A DNA stretch of 64,000 nt, taken from Pelagomonas calceolata. Its lineage: Eukaryota. The notes under the pieces were generated by a model. That model saw only the letters and a list, made by a program, of their open reading frames with translations, made no database searches and was not told where the DNA came from. Location: the NCBI GenBank assembly GCA_918797485.1, contig CAKKNE010000005.1, positions 5,146,001 through 5,210,000 of the forward strand, given 5' to 3'. This document shows positions 1 through 11,353 of the stretch, piece by piece. Made by a program: the position numbers and the translations under genes. How positions within the stretch are numbered: the first letter of the stretch is position 1; each line of letters begins with the position of its first letter.

Positions 1-1979
1 TCGTCGAGCTGCGCCGCGTCGCTTCTGATTTTAGATGCGGCCGTGCACTCGCCGCCTTCCAAAAACGTCACCGCGACGACGAGGGGCGACGACCGTTGGC
101 CGACCATGAGCGTGCAGTCGAAGAAGGTCTGGGCCCCGGGGCCTTGGCGCGCCGCGCCGACGACCCAGACCGGCGACGCTTTGAGCGTGGACCGCTTGAC
201 GCGCGCGATCGACGTCGGCGAGCCGCTCCCGATCGAGCTGACGGACGGGTGCGACTGGGGCTGGTCCGACGCGCCGCCGAGGGCCACGGCGCAGCAGGGG
301 AAGCGGTCTCGTAATCTAGCGGCGATTCTCGCGCGGCAGTCCCGGATCGTGGAGGCTTCGGAGCCTCTCTGCGCGAGGTCGTCCGCGAGGATGTCGACGT
401 CAATGTCGCCCGGCGGGACGTGGATCAGGCGTGCGGGGCCGTCCGTGCGCGCGTCCCTCGCCGCGCCCTCGTCCGGCGGCGGCCAGGCGTCGTCGTTGTC
501 CTCATCTAACGCGATCGCTCGGTACTGGTCGCTCGCGGACCGGCGCTTCGTCGTGCCCTGGCTCGGCTGCGAGGGCTGCGACGCGAAGGCGAGCTGCGAG
601 CACGGCTGCGACTCGGCGACTTGCGACGGCTCGGCGACGGACAGCTGCGACGCCGGTGCGTCTGCCGGCGCCGGCGCGGCCGCGGCGGCGTCCCAGTCCT
701 CCGCCGGCGCCGGCTGGGACTGCGACGCGTCCTTTCGGGGCGGCGCTGCCGCGGGCTCCGGCTGGGACTGCGACGCGTCGTCGTAGAGCACGGTCGCGGT
801 CGCGGGCGACTTGCCCTGCGCTTTTGCCGGCGCGGGCCGCGGGCTCGCCGCCTGGACCGAGGGCGGCTGGGTCTGGGAGTCGTCGTAGAGCACCGTGGCG
901 CCGGCCGGCGACGGCACCGCGGGCGCAGGCGCCGCGGCTGCCTCGTCGACGTCCATCGGCGCCGCCGCGCTGCCGGCCGGCGGCCGCGGCTGCGAGTCGA
1001 CGTCCATCGCGTCGCCGTCGCCAGCCACGCTGCCTTCGCGGGCGGCCGGCGCCGGCGCGGCCGGCGCCGGCCGCGGCTGCGAGTCGTCGTAGAGCGCGGT
1101 CGCGCCGCCCGGCGAATCCGCGGCCGGCGGCTCCGCGACCAGCTCCGGCTGCGTGCCGCCGGCCGTCGCCGCGCGCGACGCGTCCGAGGCCGGCTCCTCC
1201 TCCTCGGCCGGCGGCGGGTCCTGCGTGCGCAGGCGCCCGGCGTCGAGAATCGCGTCTACCGCGTCGGCATCCTCCTCGATCGGGTCGTCCTCGTCCGCCG
1301 CCGGCGGCGCGGCCGGCGCCTCGACCTGCGTCGCCGCGAGCGGGCCATCTTCATCGTCGTCGTCCTCAATGGGGTCGTCCTCGAGCGGGTCGGCGCCCGG
1401 CGGCGCCGCGGGGTCGACCTCCGTCGGCGCCGACTCGTAGGGCGCCGGCGCCGGCGCCGGCGCCGGCGCCCGCGGCTGGCTCGGCTCGACCTCGGTGTCC
1501 TCGTCCTGCGTCAGGTCAATGGGTTCGGGCGGCGCCGTGTCGCCGGCCGTCGCGTGCCGGGACGCGTCCGAGAGCTGGCGCTGGACCGGCGCCGTGGCGA
1601 GGACGTCCCGCAAGGCGTCCGGGGCGGCGGCGGCATCGGCCGGTGTAGTAGCGGGCGGCGGCGGTGTTGATGATTGAGACGTGTAGGAGAAGCGGGGCCG
1701 CGGCGGCGGCGGCCCGGCCGTACCGCTGGGCGTCTGGCGCGGGACGGCGGGCGTCTCCTCCTCCTCCTCTTCCTCGTTGAGCTGCGTCGGGCCCTCGTAG
1801 GCCTCGACGTCGCCGAGGATCTGCGTGCAGTCGACGTGCGCGTCGGCCGTCGTCTTGTCTGGTGGCTGCTCGGTGACCGGGGCGGCGCCGTCGGTCTCCA
1901 TGGCGGCCCGGGCGGTCTTGAAATCCGGCGTTGACGCGGTCTTGAAGCCCGTCGACACCTTCCTGGGTTTCGTCGACAT
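1..1979 (-). CDS. Hypothetical low-complexity protein rich in SQ/TQ motifs; runs off the window edge
   Basis: ATG at 1979 gives MSTKPRKVSTGFKTAS..., with repeated (Y)DDSQP/DASQ motifs and A/P-rich linkers. The frame is absent from the ORF track, consistent with no stop inside the window. Confidence 0.7.
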   Translation of the reverse strand, partial: MSTKPRKVSTGFKTASTPDFKTARAAMETDGAAPVTEQPPDKTTADAHVDCTQILGDVEAYEGPTQLNEEEEEEETPAVPRQTPSGTAGPPPPRPRFSYTSQSSTPPPPATTPADAAAAPDALRDVLATAPVQRQLSDASRHATAGDTAPPEPIDLTQDEDTEVEPSQPRAPAPAPAPAPYESAPTEVDPAAPPGADPLEDDPIEDDDDEDGPLAATQVEAPAAPPAADEDDPIEEDADAVDAILDAGRLRTQDPPPAEEEEPASDASRAATAGGTQPELVAEPPAADSPGGATALYDDSQPRPAPAAPAPAAREGSVAGDGDAMDVDSQPRPPAGSAAAPMDVDEAAAAPAPAVPSPAGATVLYDDSQTQPPSVQAASPRPAPAKAQGKSPATATVLYDDASQSQPEPAAAPPRKDASQSQPAPAEDWDAAAAAPAPADAPASQLSVAEPSQVAESQPCSQLAFASQPSQPSQGTTKRRSASDQYRAIALDEDNDDAWPPPDEGAARDARTDGPARLIHVPPGDIDVDILADDLAQRGSEASTIRDCRARIAARLRDRFPCCAVALGGASDQPQSHPSVSSIGSGSPTSIARVKRSTLKASPVWVVGAARQGPGAQTFFDCTLMVGQRSSPLVVAVTFLEGGECTAASKIRSDAAQLD

Positions 1980-2285
1980 TCACGGCGTCGCGCGCGCACG
2001 TTTTTGCGCCGCGCGGTCGCTTTTGCGCTTGCGTGCTGCGCGTTGGCTGCGCTGCGCGAGGGTGGCGGTCTGCGCTGTTCCGCGTTCGCGCTTGTGCCGC
2101 GCGCCGCGGGTTCGCGTGTAGCTGGCTCTTGAGCCCGCGCTCGTCGGGAGGCTTACGCGTCGCTGTTTCGAGCAGCTGGCTGCAGACGCGTGGCTTCAGC
2201 TCTGTCCTCCCGCCCTCTCTGTGTCAGAGAACGCAAATTGAGGGCAACCACGCCACTTTTAAGTCAAAACACGAATTGGTCGGCT

Positions 2286-2308
2286 CTAGTGTCTTTACAG
2301 ACCGCTAG
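2286..2308 (-). promoter_or_regulatory. CTAG-bounded upstream motif
   Basis: ctagtgtctttacagaccgctag in a divergent intergenic region. Confidence 0.6.
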
Positions 2309-2589
2309 ATAATTCGGGTTCCACGTCTCATACGCCTCTACTCCCACCGGTAGACGTCGGGTCGAGGCCGCGAGGAGTCCCGGAGGAGTCTTCGCCGAGC
2401 TCGCGGCATAGGCTAAGCTAACTAAGACAAGCTGCCCTCAAACAACGCGCTGCGAGAGGGGCCGCAATCAGGGCCACAGGGACCGCCGCGCCGCCGCCGC
2501 GACCGACGCAGAGGAGCCACTGAGAAGCCACTGCGCCCCAACAAAAAACAACAGTAGAAAGGGGCTGCCCCCGCGCAACGCCAGCCACC

Positions 2590-3396
2590 ATGGGGGACGA
2601 CAGCTTTTTAGGAGACCGCGACATCGTGCGCCAGCGCATGATCGCCGAGAAGGGCTACACGAACCATTTAGCTGGTATGTACGCCGACAAGTTCACGCAC
2701 CCCCGTTTACAATGTGAGGCCGGCCGCTACATCAGTATCGGGGACCCGTACGTCGACGAGGCCGAGCGCCTCCCGGCGCGCTGGAAGGAGAAGCAGATGG
2801 GCACGACCATGTACCCGAAGAACGCGGGCAACGGGTACTTCGGGAACATGGGCAAGCCGTTTATGTACATGCCAGATAAGTATGTGGAACAGTTACCCTA
2901 TGCCAAGACCCAGCCCTATGATACTCGTAAATTGGGTTTTGGCACGCACGACGCGTCGAAGCGCGACGAATTTACGGACAGAGTCCGCACCGAACAATAC
3001 AGAGATCTACTGAAGCGCGAGAAGCGCATCTTGCAACGCAACGAGCAGAAACGAGGCGGCCTGGCCGAGCAGATCCGCAAGGCCCACAAGAAACTAGCCG
3101 AAGCCGCCGTCGAAGAAGAACGCCAAAGAGAGGTGTGCGGCCTCAGCGCGGCGCCCTTCCTCTACGACATTGGGCGCTCTAGAGAAACGCAGTTCGACCC
3201 CAAAACCAAGACGGACTGCTTCTACAACGCCTACCAGGCCCGCAAGCGCGAGATGCGCCGCGGCGGCTACCGCTCCATGTCCCAGGACATCGGCGACGGC
3301 GCGTGGGACCTCCAGCAGAAGCGCGAGACGTTCGGGCGCTCGCACGCGACGGCGGCCTTCTACTCCAAGTCGCACATCGAGTGCGGGGACATCTAA
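2590..3396 (+). CDS. Conserved hypothetical protein, possibly flagellar (CFAP96/DUF4586-like N-terminus)
   Basis: 268-aa ORF with strong GC3 bias. The YISIGDPY...KQM...GYF motif resembles axonemal CFAP96-like proteins (from memory). Confidence 0.6.
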   Translation: MGDDSFLGDRDIVRQRMIAEKGYTNHLAGMYADKFTHPRLQCEAGRYISIGDPYVDEAERLPARWKEKQMGTTMYPKNAGNGYFGNMGKPFMYMPDKYVEQLPYAKTQPYDTRKLGFGTHDASKRDEFTDRVRTEQYRDLLKREKRILQRNEQKRGGLAEQIRKAHKKLAEAAVEEERQREVCGLSAAPFLYDIGRSRETQFDPKTKTDCFYNAYQARKREMRRGGYRSMSQDIGDGAWDLQQKRETFGRSHATAAFYSKSHIECGDI

Positions 3397-3658
3397 AGGC
3401 ATCGTGGTGGGGCGGCGCGCGCGCGTAAGACTTTCATTCTAGCTTTCCCGGCCAGCTTGACGTGCGGGTTGACTCGTGTCTGGTCGACTGATTTTGAGCC
3501 CTTGCGTGCGCTGTATGCAATTATTCCTGCATCAGGGCTAAGCACGCCAAAGCAGCGACCCACGCGCGCAGTCCTGCGAAGTGGAGAGATTTCTGGGCAC
3601 GTATTCGCAGATCACTGGCTGCCTGTGTGCACCCAGCACTGCCATTTGAGCAGCTATA

Positions 3659-4369
3659 ATGCAGCGCGAGCCCGTGCGGCGAGCCGTGATGCTCCTCGGC
3701 TGGTCCGGCTCGAAATTGCGACACGTGCGCAAGCACGAGGCGTGCTGGCCGTCGGGCACCGCAGTGTTCGCCGAGAACGTCACCATTGAGGACACGTTTG
3801 CGAGGAGCGGCCGGCAAGCACTGCGCGAAAAGGCGCGCCGCCTCGTCGCCGAGGCGAAAGCGACGAAAGCCCCACGGCTCTACGCGCACATCTTCTCGAA
3901 CGGCGGCAGTATGTTGCTGCTCGAGGTACTGTCGGAGCTGGAGCCGTTGCGCCTCGACGGCGTCGTCTACGACTCCGCCCCCTCGGCGGAGGGTACGATT
4001 CGACCCATTGCCGGCCCCGTGATCGCCTATCTCTCGGGCGGCACGCTGCGCGAGCGGCTCGCTGCAGTGTGGTCGACGCTGTGGCCGGCGCTGCTGGCGT
4101 TCCCCGTGCGGAAGGCTCATTTATCCCATTTTGATGGCTTGTATGACGCTTCTATCAATATTCCCCGGTGCGAGCTCTTCATGTACTCGGACGGCGACCG
4201 CCTCGTCTGGCGCAGCCACGTCGAGCAATTCGTGGCCCGGCGCCGCGACCAGGGCTCTATCGTGGAGACGCGCAACTTCGGGAGAACTCCACACGTCGGC
4301 CACTTCCGCGCGCAACCGGATACCTATCGCGAGACCCTCGCCGGGTGGCTGGAGGCCGTCGAAAAGTAA
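3659..4369 (+). CDS. DUF829/TMEM53-like alpha/beta hydrolase
   Basis: Motifs LLGW, HIFSNGG, YDSAP, LFMYSDGD and PHVGH. Confidence 0.85.
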   Translation: MQREPVRRAVMLLGWSGSKLRHVRKHEACWPSGTAVFAENVTIEDTFARSGRQALREKARRLVAEAKATKAPRLYAHIFSNGGSMLLLEVLSELEPLRLDGVVYDSAPSAEGTIRPIAGPVIAYLSGGTLRERLAAVWSTLWPALLAFPVRKAHLSHFDGLYDASINIPRCELFMYSDGDRLVWRSHVEQFVARRRDQGSIVETRNFGRTPHVGHFRAQPDTYRETLAGWLEAVEK

Positions 4370-4397
4370 GTTGTAGTATTACTGTAAACAACACAAA

Positions 4398-7370
4398 TTA
4401 CTCCCCGCGCACGCCAGCCACCGTCGGCGCGTCCACCGTCGCGTCGTCGAGGGACGGCTCCGGCGGCTCCGCCGTGCCCAGCTTGATGCTTTGCTGGACG
4501 TCCCAGACGATCGCCTTGCGGTCGAAGCCCGCCGAGACGAGCGACGCGCCCGTCGCGTCGAAGGCGATGCCACTAATGCGGTCGACGTGGCCCCGCAGAA
4601 TGGCCCCGCACGTCGCGTTCCACTTGCTTCCTTCCTCGGGGTCCAAGCCGCGCGTCTCCGGCGCGACGCGCCAGAAGCGGATCGTAGCATCGCGCGACGC
4701 CGTCGCGAGCGAGACGGGCGGCGCGAGCCGCCCGTCGGGCATGCGTCTCCCATCGGCCGGGTAGAATTTGATAGACGTGACCTGGCCCTCGTGGCCCTGC
4801 AGGACCGATAAAATGCGCCCCGTCTTCGCCGAGTAGACCTTGCACGTCCGATCCTTCGACGCCGTCGCGATGCGCTTCCCATCGGCCGACCACGCGACGG
4901 AGAGCACGGCGCTGGCGTGGGTTTCGAGCGTGACCAGCAGCTTCGCCACGTAGAACGTGTCTTCAATGTTGCAGTCCCAGATCCGACCCACGCCGTCGCG
5001 GCCGCCGACCAGCAACCTCTTGGCATCATAGGAGAAGGCCACGTCATAAACGAAGGGCTTGCCCCTATCGTTAGACACCTCGGCGTCGTGGAACATGGCC
5101 AGCTCCTTTCCAGACGTACAGGACCACACGCGCGCCGTCTCGTCGTAGGAGCCGGTGCCCAGGTAATGGCCCCCACTCGAAAAGACGACGGACGAGACCC
5201 AGCTCGTGTGGCCCTTCAACGTCAGGATGTTCTTGTAGTCGCGACCCTCCTCGACCCACAGCACGACAATATTGTCGCGCCCCGCCGTCGCCACTTGCCG
5301 CCCATCTTCCGTAATAGCGACGGCGGCCACGACCTCGGAGTGGGCTTCGAGTCTTTGCTTCGGGACGCACGTCGGGTAGGAGACGTCCCAGACATAGGCG
5401 TTGCCGTCCTCGCCACCAGTCACCGCGCACGTCCCGTTCGCGTCTACGCTACAGCCATGGAGCTCGCAGGCGTGGTCCTCGAAGGCCGCCGCGGCGCCCG
5501 GCGGCGGCACCATGGGCTCGCGCTGCATTGGTTCAAAGACCGCGAGCTCGTCGGGCACCGACTTCTGTTGTTTCCGGGGCGCGGGTGCCGCCACGGCCGA
5601 GCCTACTTCGGAGCCTGCCGCCGAGCCTACCGCAGGCGCGGGCGCCGGCGCCGGTGCCGGTGCCGGCGCCGCGGCCTTGGCGGCCTTCTTCGCGCGGCGC
5701 TCGGCCTGTTTCTTCCGGTAGATCTCTTTCGCTGAGTCGGAGTTCGCCTGGAGTGTCGCCTTCTTTTCGGCGGCCGCTTTCTCGGCCGCCTCTTCCTCGG
5801 CCCGGCGTTGTTCCCGCTCGATCTGCGCCTTGCGTTCCGGGCTGTGGACCTCGGCCAGCAGGGCGTCGACCGCGGCGACCTTCGCGAGGGCCTTCTTCTT
5901 GCGCCGCCGCCGCTTCCGCGGCGGCGCGGGCGCCGGCGCCTCGGCGGCGACCGGCGACGACGCCCTCACGATTTCCTCGACGCGTTGCGCGATCACGGCG
6001 TTCACGTCGCTGTCGCACGTGCTCGCGCGGCTCGCGCGGACGTCGTGAGGCGACGTCGGCGGCGCGACCGCCTCGATTGGCGACGGCGCCGGCGCCGCGG
6101 CCGGCGCCTTGTACAAAGCGCCGTCGTCCCAATCAAGCGCCTCCTCCAAGGCTTTCGCATCGTAAAAGAAGCTCGACCCCTTCTTTCGCTCGGAAAAGCC
6201 CCGCCGCACCTGGAATTTGGAAGGTAGCGGTTCGCCGTCCGCCGTACATACCAAACCGTCGTCGCCTTCCACAAGATCGGCCCGCCTTAATGATTTGGCG
6301 TACTTCTTCCGAGCTTTCTTTAACATATTTTCTTTCTCGGGATGGTCATCCGGTAAAGCTTCGGCCTCGGCCAATGCCGATGCCGCCTTCTCGACCTGCT
6401 CCATCGCCTTCGCCTTATCAGCTTCATCATCAATATGGACCTTGGACGACTGCTTCTTGAGGGCCTTGTCGTACTTCTTCCGAGCCTTGGCGAGTTGTTC
6501 CTGTTTAGTGGGATCGTCGTCCGGTAGACATTCGAGCTCGGCTATTAACGCTGCGGCGGCACCGACCTTATCTTTTTTTTGATGAGAGCCCTCCTGCGCT
6601 TCGAGTCGCCGACGCGCCTCCTCGAGCATGGCCTGGGCCTTTTGCTGGGAACAGAACTCGACATCGACGGGAGGCGGCGTGTAGGTCCCGTTCCGGATCG
6701 ACTCCTCCCTTGCGAGTCGCAGCGCCTCCTCCCGCTTACGCTCTTGCTCTTTCAGCCACTTCGCGCCGACCTTGTCGACGTCCCCTTCGTCCCGCAATTC
6801 CGTCAGCGACTTCTCGCGGAGATGATGTCGTTCGATTATCTCCTCCTGCTCCGCCTTCACTTCTTGCTCCAGTCTTTGTAATTCTTCTTGCCGGGCCATG
6901 AAGTGGGGGTCGGTGGACGCCCAGAACTCCAGCGACTTCTTTTCTACGTCCATGAAGTTCTTTTTTTTGGGCGTATGAGCCTCCGCAAAAGCGCGCCGCT
7001 CGATCTCGGACAGTTTCGAGTTCCTTTCCAAAATCTGCTGCTTGAGGTCGTTCAGATGCTTCGTGCGTTCTTCCGTGATGATAATCTTTTCCTCTCTATG
7101 AACATCCTCCTTCTCGGCGTTGCTGTAGTACGTGCCCTGCAGATGGTTTCTTGCTTTCTCCTCGTGCTCTTTATTCTTCTTGTCGGCGTGCTCTTTCGCC
7201 TTCTTGGCGGCCCAGGAGACCATCTTTGTCTCACCTGTGCGCGAATCAACCAACCAGTGATGGAGATGCGCCGCGACATTTGATTTATGAAGACACTGCT
7301 TTGTCACTCTATGCGGTGCGCTGCTCACGTTTCGTTCGATCCCGGCCGCCGCGGGCACCGCGGAGTCCAC
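4398..7370 (-). CDS. Coiled-coil protein with C-terminal WD40 beta-propeller
   Basis: About 7 GH...WD repeats (LKGHTSWVSSVVFS, TGSYDETARVW, LRGHVDRISGIAF) and an E/K-rich N-terminal half. Confidence 0.85.
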   Translation of the reverse strand: MDSAVPAAAGIERNVSSAPHRVTKQCLHKSNVAAHLHHWLVDSRTGETKMVSWAAKKAKEHADKKNKEHEEKARNHLQGTYYSNAEKEDVHREEKIIITEERTKHLNDLKQQILERNSKLSEIERRAFAEAHTPKKKNFMDVEKKSLEFWASTDPHFMARQEELQRLEQEVKAEQEEIIERHHLREKSLTELRDEGDVDKVGAKWLKEQERKREEALRLAREESIRNGTYTPPPVDVEFCSQQKAQAMLEEARRRLEAQEGSHQKKDKVGAAAALIAELECLPDDDPTKQEQLAKARKKYDKALKKQSSKVHIDDEADKAKAMEQVEKAASALAEAEALPDDHPEKENMLKKARKKYAKSLRRADLVEGDDGLVCTADGEPLPSKFQVRRGFSERKKGSSFFYDAKALEEALDWDDGALYKAPAAAPAPSPIEAVAPPTSPHDVRASRASTCDSDVNAVIAQRVEEIVRASSPVAAEAPAPAPPRKRRRRKKKALAKVAAVDALLAEVHSPERKAQIEREQRRAEEEAAEKAAAEKKATLQANSDSAKEIYRKKQAERRAKKAAKAAAPAPAPAPAPAPAVGSAAGSEVGSAVAAPAPRKQQKSVPDELAVFEPMQREPMVPPPGAAAAFEDHACELHGCSVDANGTCAVTGGEDGNAYVWDVSYPTCVPKQRLEAHSEVVAAVAITEDGRQVATAGRDNIVVLWVEEGRDYKNILTLKGHTSWVSSVVFSSGGHYLGTGSYDETARVWSCTSGKELAMFHDAEVSNDRGKPFVYDVAFSYDAKRLLVGGRDGVGRIWDCNIEDTFYVAKLLVTLETHASAVLSVAWSADGKRIATASKDRTCKVYSAKTGRILSVLQGHEGQVTSIKFYPADGRRMPDGRLAPPVSLATASRDATIRFWRVAPETRGLDPEEGSKWNATCGAILRGHVDRISGIAFDATGASLVSAGFDRKAIVWDVQQSIKLGTAEPPEPSLDDATVDAPTVAGVRGE

Positions 7371-7859
7371 TCGTCTGGCTGGCGGCTTGCCGGCCTGATG
7401 GTATGGTTGTGTGGTCTAGGTGGCAGCAGTGGGGATGCGCCGGTCCGGCTAGCTCGGGCAGCGAGCACTACACTCGTGTGAGCTGTATCGTGCGCGCACG
7501 TGCCGCCATGCACCTGCTCGTCTCGCGTTTGCGTTGATGCAATGCGCTGATGTTTGCGCTGCGAGGCGCTCACTGGTCCGGAGAGCTAGTGCCGTCACGC
7601 GGTCGAGGAGCCCTCTCCCGGCGGCGGACGTACCTCTCGTATTACTACGGCGGCGGCGCCGGCCGTCCGGATTCCGCGAAGGCGAGACTCGGGGCGCGCG
7701 GGACGACGCGCTGTGTCTGTGCCTCCCACTAGCACTCGCAACAGAACACGTCGAGGCAAGCGGGGCCCACCCCGCCGCACGCCGTCGCCGCGAAGGACAC
7801 ATAGATTCATCCGAAAACTTTAACAGAGCGGAGCGTCATTGGGGGGTAGGAATTCTCGA

Positions 7860-9257
7860 TCACCAGCCCTGGAACTGGCGCCAGTACTCCCAGGGCTTGA
7901 TCGTCACCGCGTCGCCCAGGCACGCGGCGTCAAACGCCACGGACACCATCGGCAGGAAGACGCCGATCAGGAGGATGATCAGGTCCACGCGCAGACTGAC
8001 TAGTTTCCTATCTCTGAGAGTTTCAGAGAACATGGACAAGGCATAACCAAGGGCAGAAGCATACCCGTAGTGGTAGAGCATGACCCCCTGCAGCGGGTAC
8101 TGTTGCGTCACCTGCGACCACCAGACCGACGCGTCGGGCGTCGAAATGCTATATAAGAACAATAGCTGGGTCAGGTTCGGCCACGACGCCAATCTGTAGA
8201 GTAACGCCTTCTCGTTCAACTCGTCCTGGGACATCTTCTTGAGCTTGCGCTGGCCGGCGATGGCTTTTTTCGACCCACCCTCGCTGTTCGCCTCGAAGTT
8301 CTGCTGCAGCATCACCTCCCAGTTCACCGTCGTGCCGACGCACACTAACGTCCAGACTAAGAAGAACAATGGTCCCGCCGGGAGGAGGAAGGACGGATAT
8401 CCGCCACTAAACCACCACGCGCACCAGCAGGACATCAAGGTTAAACCAGCACCCCCAAAGGTGAAGCCGTTCGCCTTGAGGTCGGACATGTCTAGGAGCT
8501 TGTTCGACGAGAAGCGCGCCATGGGTACTGCGCTTACCGCGTTGACGGCGCCCGACACCACTATGGATGCCTCCAGAGGCTTGTCGAGGTGCCACGACAG
8601 GGGCGCGGAAGGATCCATGGCCAACAAAGCATGAGAGGTAAATAGCCACAAAAACCCGAGCACCATGAAGTACGCCCCTGATACCGCATGGATGTGCGCA
8701 TAATCCGCGCGCGTCCACAGCCGCCGCCGCACCGTGTCGCCGAACAGCAGCGCGATGCCGTCCCCGACGGTCCCGGCGATGCCTTCCACATCCACGGTCT
8801 CCTTCAGAGCATCCATAAAAACGACTTCCTTGTCGGGCAGGGGGATGGCGGCCGCCGCGGTCATCGCCGCCGCGGTCTCGAAGCTCGTGACGTGGCCCGG
8901 CTCCGACACGTCCTCGTCGACCTCACAGATAATAGCCTCCTCGTCGCAGGGGTCTCCACTTACCAACACGGGTGGCTCGCCGACGGGGACGCCTGCCTCG
9001 CCGGCATAGACGCGCTCCAGCAGGTCCTGCTTCGCCTGGAGGATGCGCGCGTCCACGTCGATGTCCGTGTCGTCAATGGTCGAGCGCAGGCGCGTGACTG
9101 GTCGTCGTACGTAGCGTGGCCGCGCGACGAGCGCGCGGACCCCGCCGCATGCCAAAGCAGCGAAAAAGTGCAGCGCCAGCGGCGCGCGCGGCGCCGCGGC
9201 GGCGCTGCCGATCAGCGCCGCAAGCAGGAGCAGCGGTATCGACGCCCTTTTCGCCAT
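7860..9257 (-). CDS. Multi-pass membrane protein with signal peptide, probably plastid-targeted
   Basis: MAKRASIPLLLLAALIGSAAA signal, an R-rich transit-like segment and several hydrophobic helices. Confidence 0.7.
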   Translation of the reverse strand: MAKRASIPLLLLAALIGSAAAAPRAPLALHFFAALACGGVRALVARPRYVRRPVTRLRSTIDDTDIDVDARILQAKQDLLERVYAGEAGVPVGEPPVLVSGDPCDEEAIICEVDEDVSEPGHVTSFETAAAMTAAAAIPLPDKEVVFMDALKETVDVEGIAGTVGDGIALLFGDTVRRRLWTRADYAHIHAVSGAYFMVLGFLWLFTSHALLAMDPSAPLSWHLDKPLEASIVVSGAVNAVSAVPMARFSSNKLLDMSDLKANGFTFGGAGLTLMSCWCAWWFSGGYPSFLLPAGPLFFLVWTLVCVGTTVNWEVMLQQNFEANSEGGSKKAIAGQRKLKKMSQDELNEKALLYRLASWPNLTQLLFLYSISTPDASVWWSQVTQQYPLQGVMLYHYGYASALGYALSMFSETLRDRKLVSLRVDLIILLIGVFLPMVSVAFDAACLGDAVTIKPWEYWRQFQGW

Positions 9258-9726
9258 TTGCGCTGCAGCTGGTGAGGGAAGGCTAAGCGCTTGCAAGGCG
9301 CGCGTGCGGCGGTCGCTGCAGCCTTCCACTACCGGAGCGCGGTAGTGTGGTGCAGCCGGCAGCTACGCGCAGACCAGCCTTGCAAGAGGATCGCGATCTC
9401 ACGTGAAAGCGCCCTGGATCCAGGGCAAAAAGTAAGCTCGGCGTGGCGTGTGCCGTGATGCTCAAATCCCACGAAAGGCGTCTCGGGGGCGCCTGAAGGT
9501 GTATCCAGTCGCGTACACGCCTAGAAAGCAAAAAAGTTGATGTTCGATCACTAGATAGGAGCACTAGGGCGAGCCGACAGGGCGTCTTGGCTTTTGGGAG
9601 GTAAACGCCACGTCGGGGCCTCCGCGCGCGGCCGAAGAAGCTAGATCGACGCCTCGCGCTGGGAACTTCACGTCTTCGCCGTCTCGCGTTCCGCCGACGC
9701 GTCGCAGTGGAGCATTGACAAGCATC

Positions 9727-11204
9727 ATGCCACCCAAGAAGCAGACCACCGCAAGCGCCGGGCGCTTCGACCGCCTCCCCGCGGAACTAGTAAGGAGGTG
9801 CGCCGACTTCAGCGACGCGCCAGCCGCACTAAACCTCCACGAAGCCTGCAACAAAAACGCGTGCGGCGTAGCATTAGCATTAGCCTTCAAGAACGCGAAT
9901 GAACTGAGAAGGGCCGCGAGACTACGGACGGAGTCCGACGAGAACATGTTTAAAAGGTGGGAGTCGCTCGTGTGTCCGTTGCGATGTGTGGTTGTCGTGA
10001 TGAAAGAAAGCGCGGTGAGCCGCATCTTTCGCGGGGCCGCCAAGAGGGGCATCGAAGCGCTGTCGGAGCTCGACGCGTCGCGGGTGGACCTGGTCAACAG
10101 GAAGCGCGACGTGAACTGGCGCGTCATCGACAAGCACCTGCGCAAGGTCATGCGGGAGATGCCGCCCTCGCTCCAAGGTCTCTCGGAGTACGCGAACGAC
10201 GAGCAGTTTTTACAAGCGGCGCGGAGCGCCCTCGGGGACGCGGAGTCCGCCGACGCTCTCTTCAACGCGGCGATCGTCGCGCTACTCTTCGACGCGCGGT
10301 TACAAAGAGAATTGGGAACGGACTCGCCGGCGTGGTCCTGGATCGCGCGCCACGCGCGCATCCAGAACGCGTCCGAGCACGTGCCCGCCGGCGGTACCGC
10401 TGCGTATCAATTAGTCGTCGACTTTTGCATCGAGCTGGGCCAGCACGAAGCCTATGGCGAACGAAGCTGGACCCCGAGGACGGGCGACCAGGACCTCGCG
10501 CTGGTCTACGAGCGCGAGCGGCGCCAGCCGTTACCGGCGTGCGCGCGGCCGGAGAAGTACTTCTGCGACGGCTGCTTCGCGAAGGACATCCAGCCGCGCG
10601 ACATGGCGCGCGTCGCCGTCGCGTGCCCGCTCTGCTCTTACTCGCTCTGCGCCGCGTGCGGCGAGGGCGTCGCCGACCACGTCTGCGACAGCCGCTGCGT
10701 GCCGGCCCGCGTCCCTTGCCTTGCCTTGCCTTCCCTCGGCGTCGACGGCGCGGCGATGGCGTCGGCGTCGCGTGCGCGTCCGATGGCGTGAAGGCCAAGG
10801 CGTCGCGTCGATGGCGTCGCGTGCACGCCGTCGAGGAGACGCCGGCGACGTGGCGTTGCGGTCTCGGCGATGGCGTGGAGGGAGACGAGTACATTCGCGT
10901 CGCCGACTTCGAGGTCAAAAACGCACAGGTCCACTTCGGAGTCAAGGTCGAGCTCATCACGTTCATGCAGCGGTTCATGACGGCGTGTATCGACTGTCCT
11001 GACTTAATAAGGACGGACGCGCGGCTCGCCGCGAACGTCGCTTTGCACGCGCGCCTGGCCGACCAAAGGCGCTGGATCCGGACGGTGGACCGCGACCGGA
11101 TGGTCGCGCGGCGAAAGCTTCGCGAGGGCGGCCGCGCGCACGCCGAGTTCTTGGCTGAGACGTACGCGCGGAACCCGTTCGCGTCTGGCTCGGAAAGATG
11201 GTAG
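9727..11204 (+). CDS. Hypothetical protein with ZZ-like zinc finger; one predicted intron (~10711-10928)
   Basis: N-terminal F-box-like FDRLPAELVRRC and a CDGC...CPLC...LCAAC...H cluster. The frame switches across a CG-rich segment ending cgcacAG|GTC at 10928. The donor position is uncertain. Confidence 0.6.
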
Positions 11205-11353
11205 ATTAAGACAACAAGTTATTCACGGCTCCTCCTGCCGCTGCCACGCGGGAAGCGGCGACGGGCGTCCTCTTCCCTTCGACTCGCACGGTTGCAGCGA
11301 TGACGTGCTGGCGGGGAAAAGACGCCACCTCCACGCCATCGACGCGAAGTAAC

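Noticed and set aside
43..1999. Many long R/A/P-rich ORFs in the track, here and throughout the window
   Set aside because: They are shadow frames of GC-rich coding sequence; the real gene here is the open minus frame from 1979.
7449..7810. Gene or ncRNA in the gap between two minus-strand genes
   Set aside because: The short ORFs lack coding signatures, and the GC-rich hairpins are expected by chance.
10711..10928. Introner element in the zinc-finger gene intron
   Set aside because: No TIR pair and only a weak TSD-like match (gtccctt/gtccactt); it may be a decayed copy, but I cannot support the call.
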